Positions 33,569 to 33,834 of a DNA stretch of 33,834 bases are shown one piece after another. Numbering within the stretch: the stretch's first letter is position 1; each line of letters opens with the position of its first letter. The position numbers and the translations under genes were made by a program. The notes beneath the pieces are model-generated. The model saw only the letters and a program-made list of their open reading frames with translations, was not told where the DNA came from and did not search any database. Source of the stretch: Clostridia bacterium (GTDB lineage Bacteria > Bacillota > Clostridia > Oscillospirales > CAG-272); assembly GCA_017618795.1 (NCBI GenBank), contig JAFZTO010000054.1, positions 1 through 33,834 on the forward strand, in the 5' to 3' direction.

Positions 33569-33834
33569 ATGAGATTCGATTACCAAATGTATCTTAAAAG
33601 TGATTTCTACGTTCCATTGGGAGTTTTACTTTTTGGTATCGCATTTATCGCTGTTAATATAGCGGGTTTTATTCAAAACTTCGAAAGCAAAAACCGTTTT
33701 CAATATTTAATCCCGTTTCTTTTTGGATTGTTTTTTATAATTCTTTCATTATGCCAAATGATACGGGGTATGGCCATTTTGAAAGATCGGGATTTAGAAA
33801 CATTTGAGGTGGCCGGCAAAGTGGAAAAAATTGA
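33569..33834 (+). CDS. Hypothetical membrane protein, partial (runs off the window)
   Basis: ATG after AAAGGTG; open frame MRFDYQMYLKSDFYVPLGVLLFGIAFIAV... with two hydrophobic stretches; AT-rich. Confidence 0.6.
   Translation, partial: MRFDYQMYLKSDFYVPLGVLLFGIAFIAVNIAGFIQNFESKNRFQYLIPFLFGLFFIILSLCQMIRGMAILKDRDLETFEVAGKVEKI

Noticed and set aside
1-33834. CRISPR arrays, IS/transposases, integrases, tRNA/rRNA and known anti-phage genes
   Set aside because: I saw no regularly spaced repeats, terminal inverted repeats or diagnostic motifs on reading the sequence.

Overview
This looks like chromosomal DNA from a Clostridia/Oscillospiraceae-like Firmicute. The basis is near-consensus sigmaA promoters, GGAGG ribosome-binding sites (RBSs) and Gram-positive lipoproteins and C-terminal anchors; the taxonomy is inferred, not searched. 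The left end holds the start of rpsF with a long leader, then a minus-strand operon: PlsC-type acyltransferase, GlpA-like FAD/[2Fe-2S] oxidoreductase, FAD oxidoreductase and DUF1667. The centre (about 5.3-28.1 kb) is a cell-surface glycan-foraging locus. It has two beta-helix proteins, DUF1295, a GH127-like enzyme, a GH99/WbsX-like lipoprotein, an SGNH esterase, an orphan solute-binding lipoprotein, an AraC regulator, three GH27 paralogs, a GH36-like enzyme and a PTP-like phosphatase. It also has four membrane-anchored proteins carrying five copies of one unnamed beta-sandwich domain. The right end holds an 842-aa ECF sigma factor fusion, proX, murI, a barnase/barstar-like pair and a partial membrane protein. 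The most notable signals are: (i) all four clan GH-D enzymes have lost the second Asp of the DD motif that binds galactose O6, and the GH36 has Glu at the nucleophile position; (ii) the repeated anchored domain family; (iii) a ~160-nt G.U-rich rod-like candidate RNA between divergent promoters. I saw no CRISPR array, transposase, tRNA or rRNA. All family calls come from recognising motifs by eye, not from database searches.
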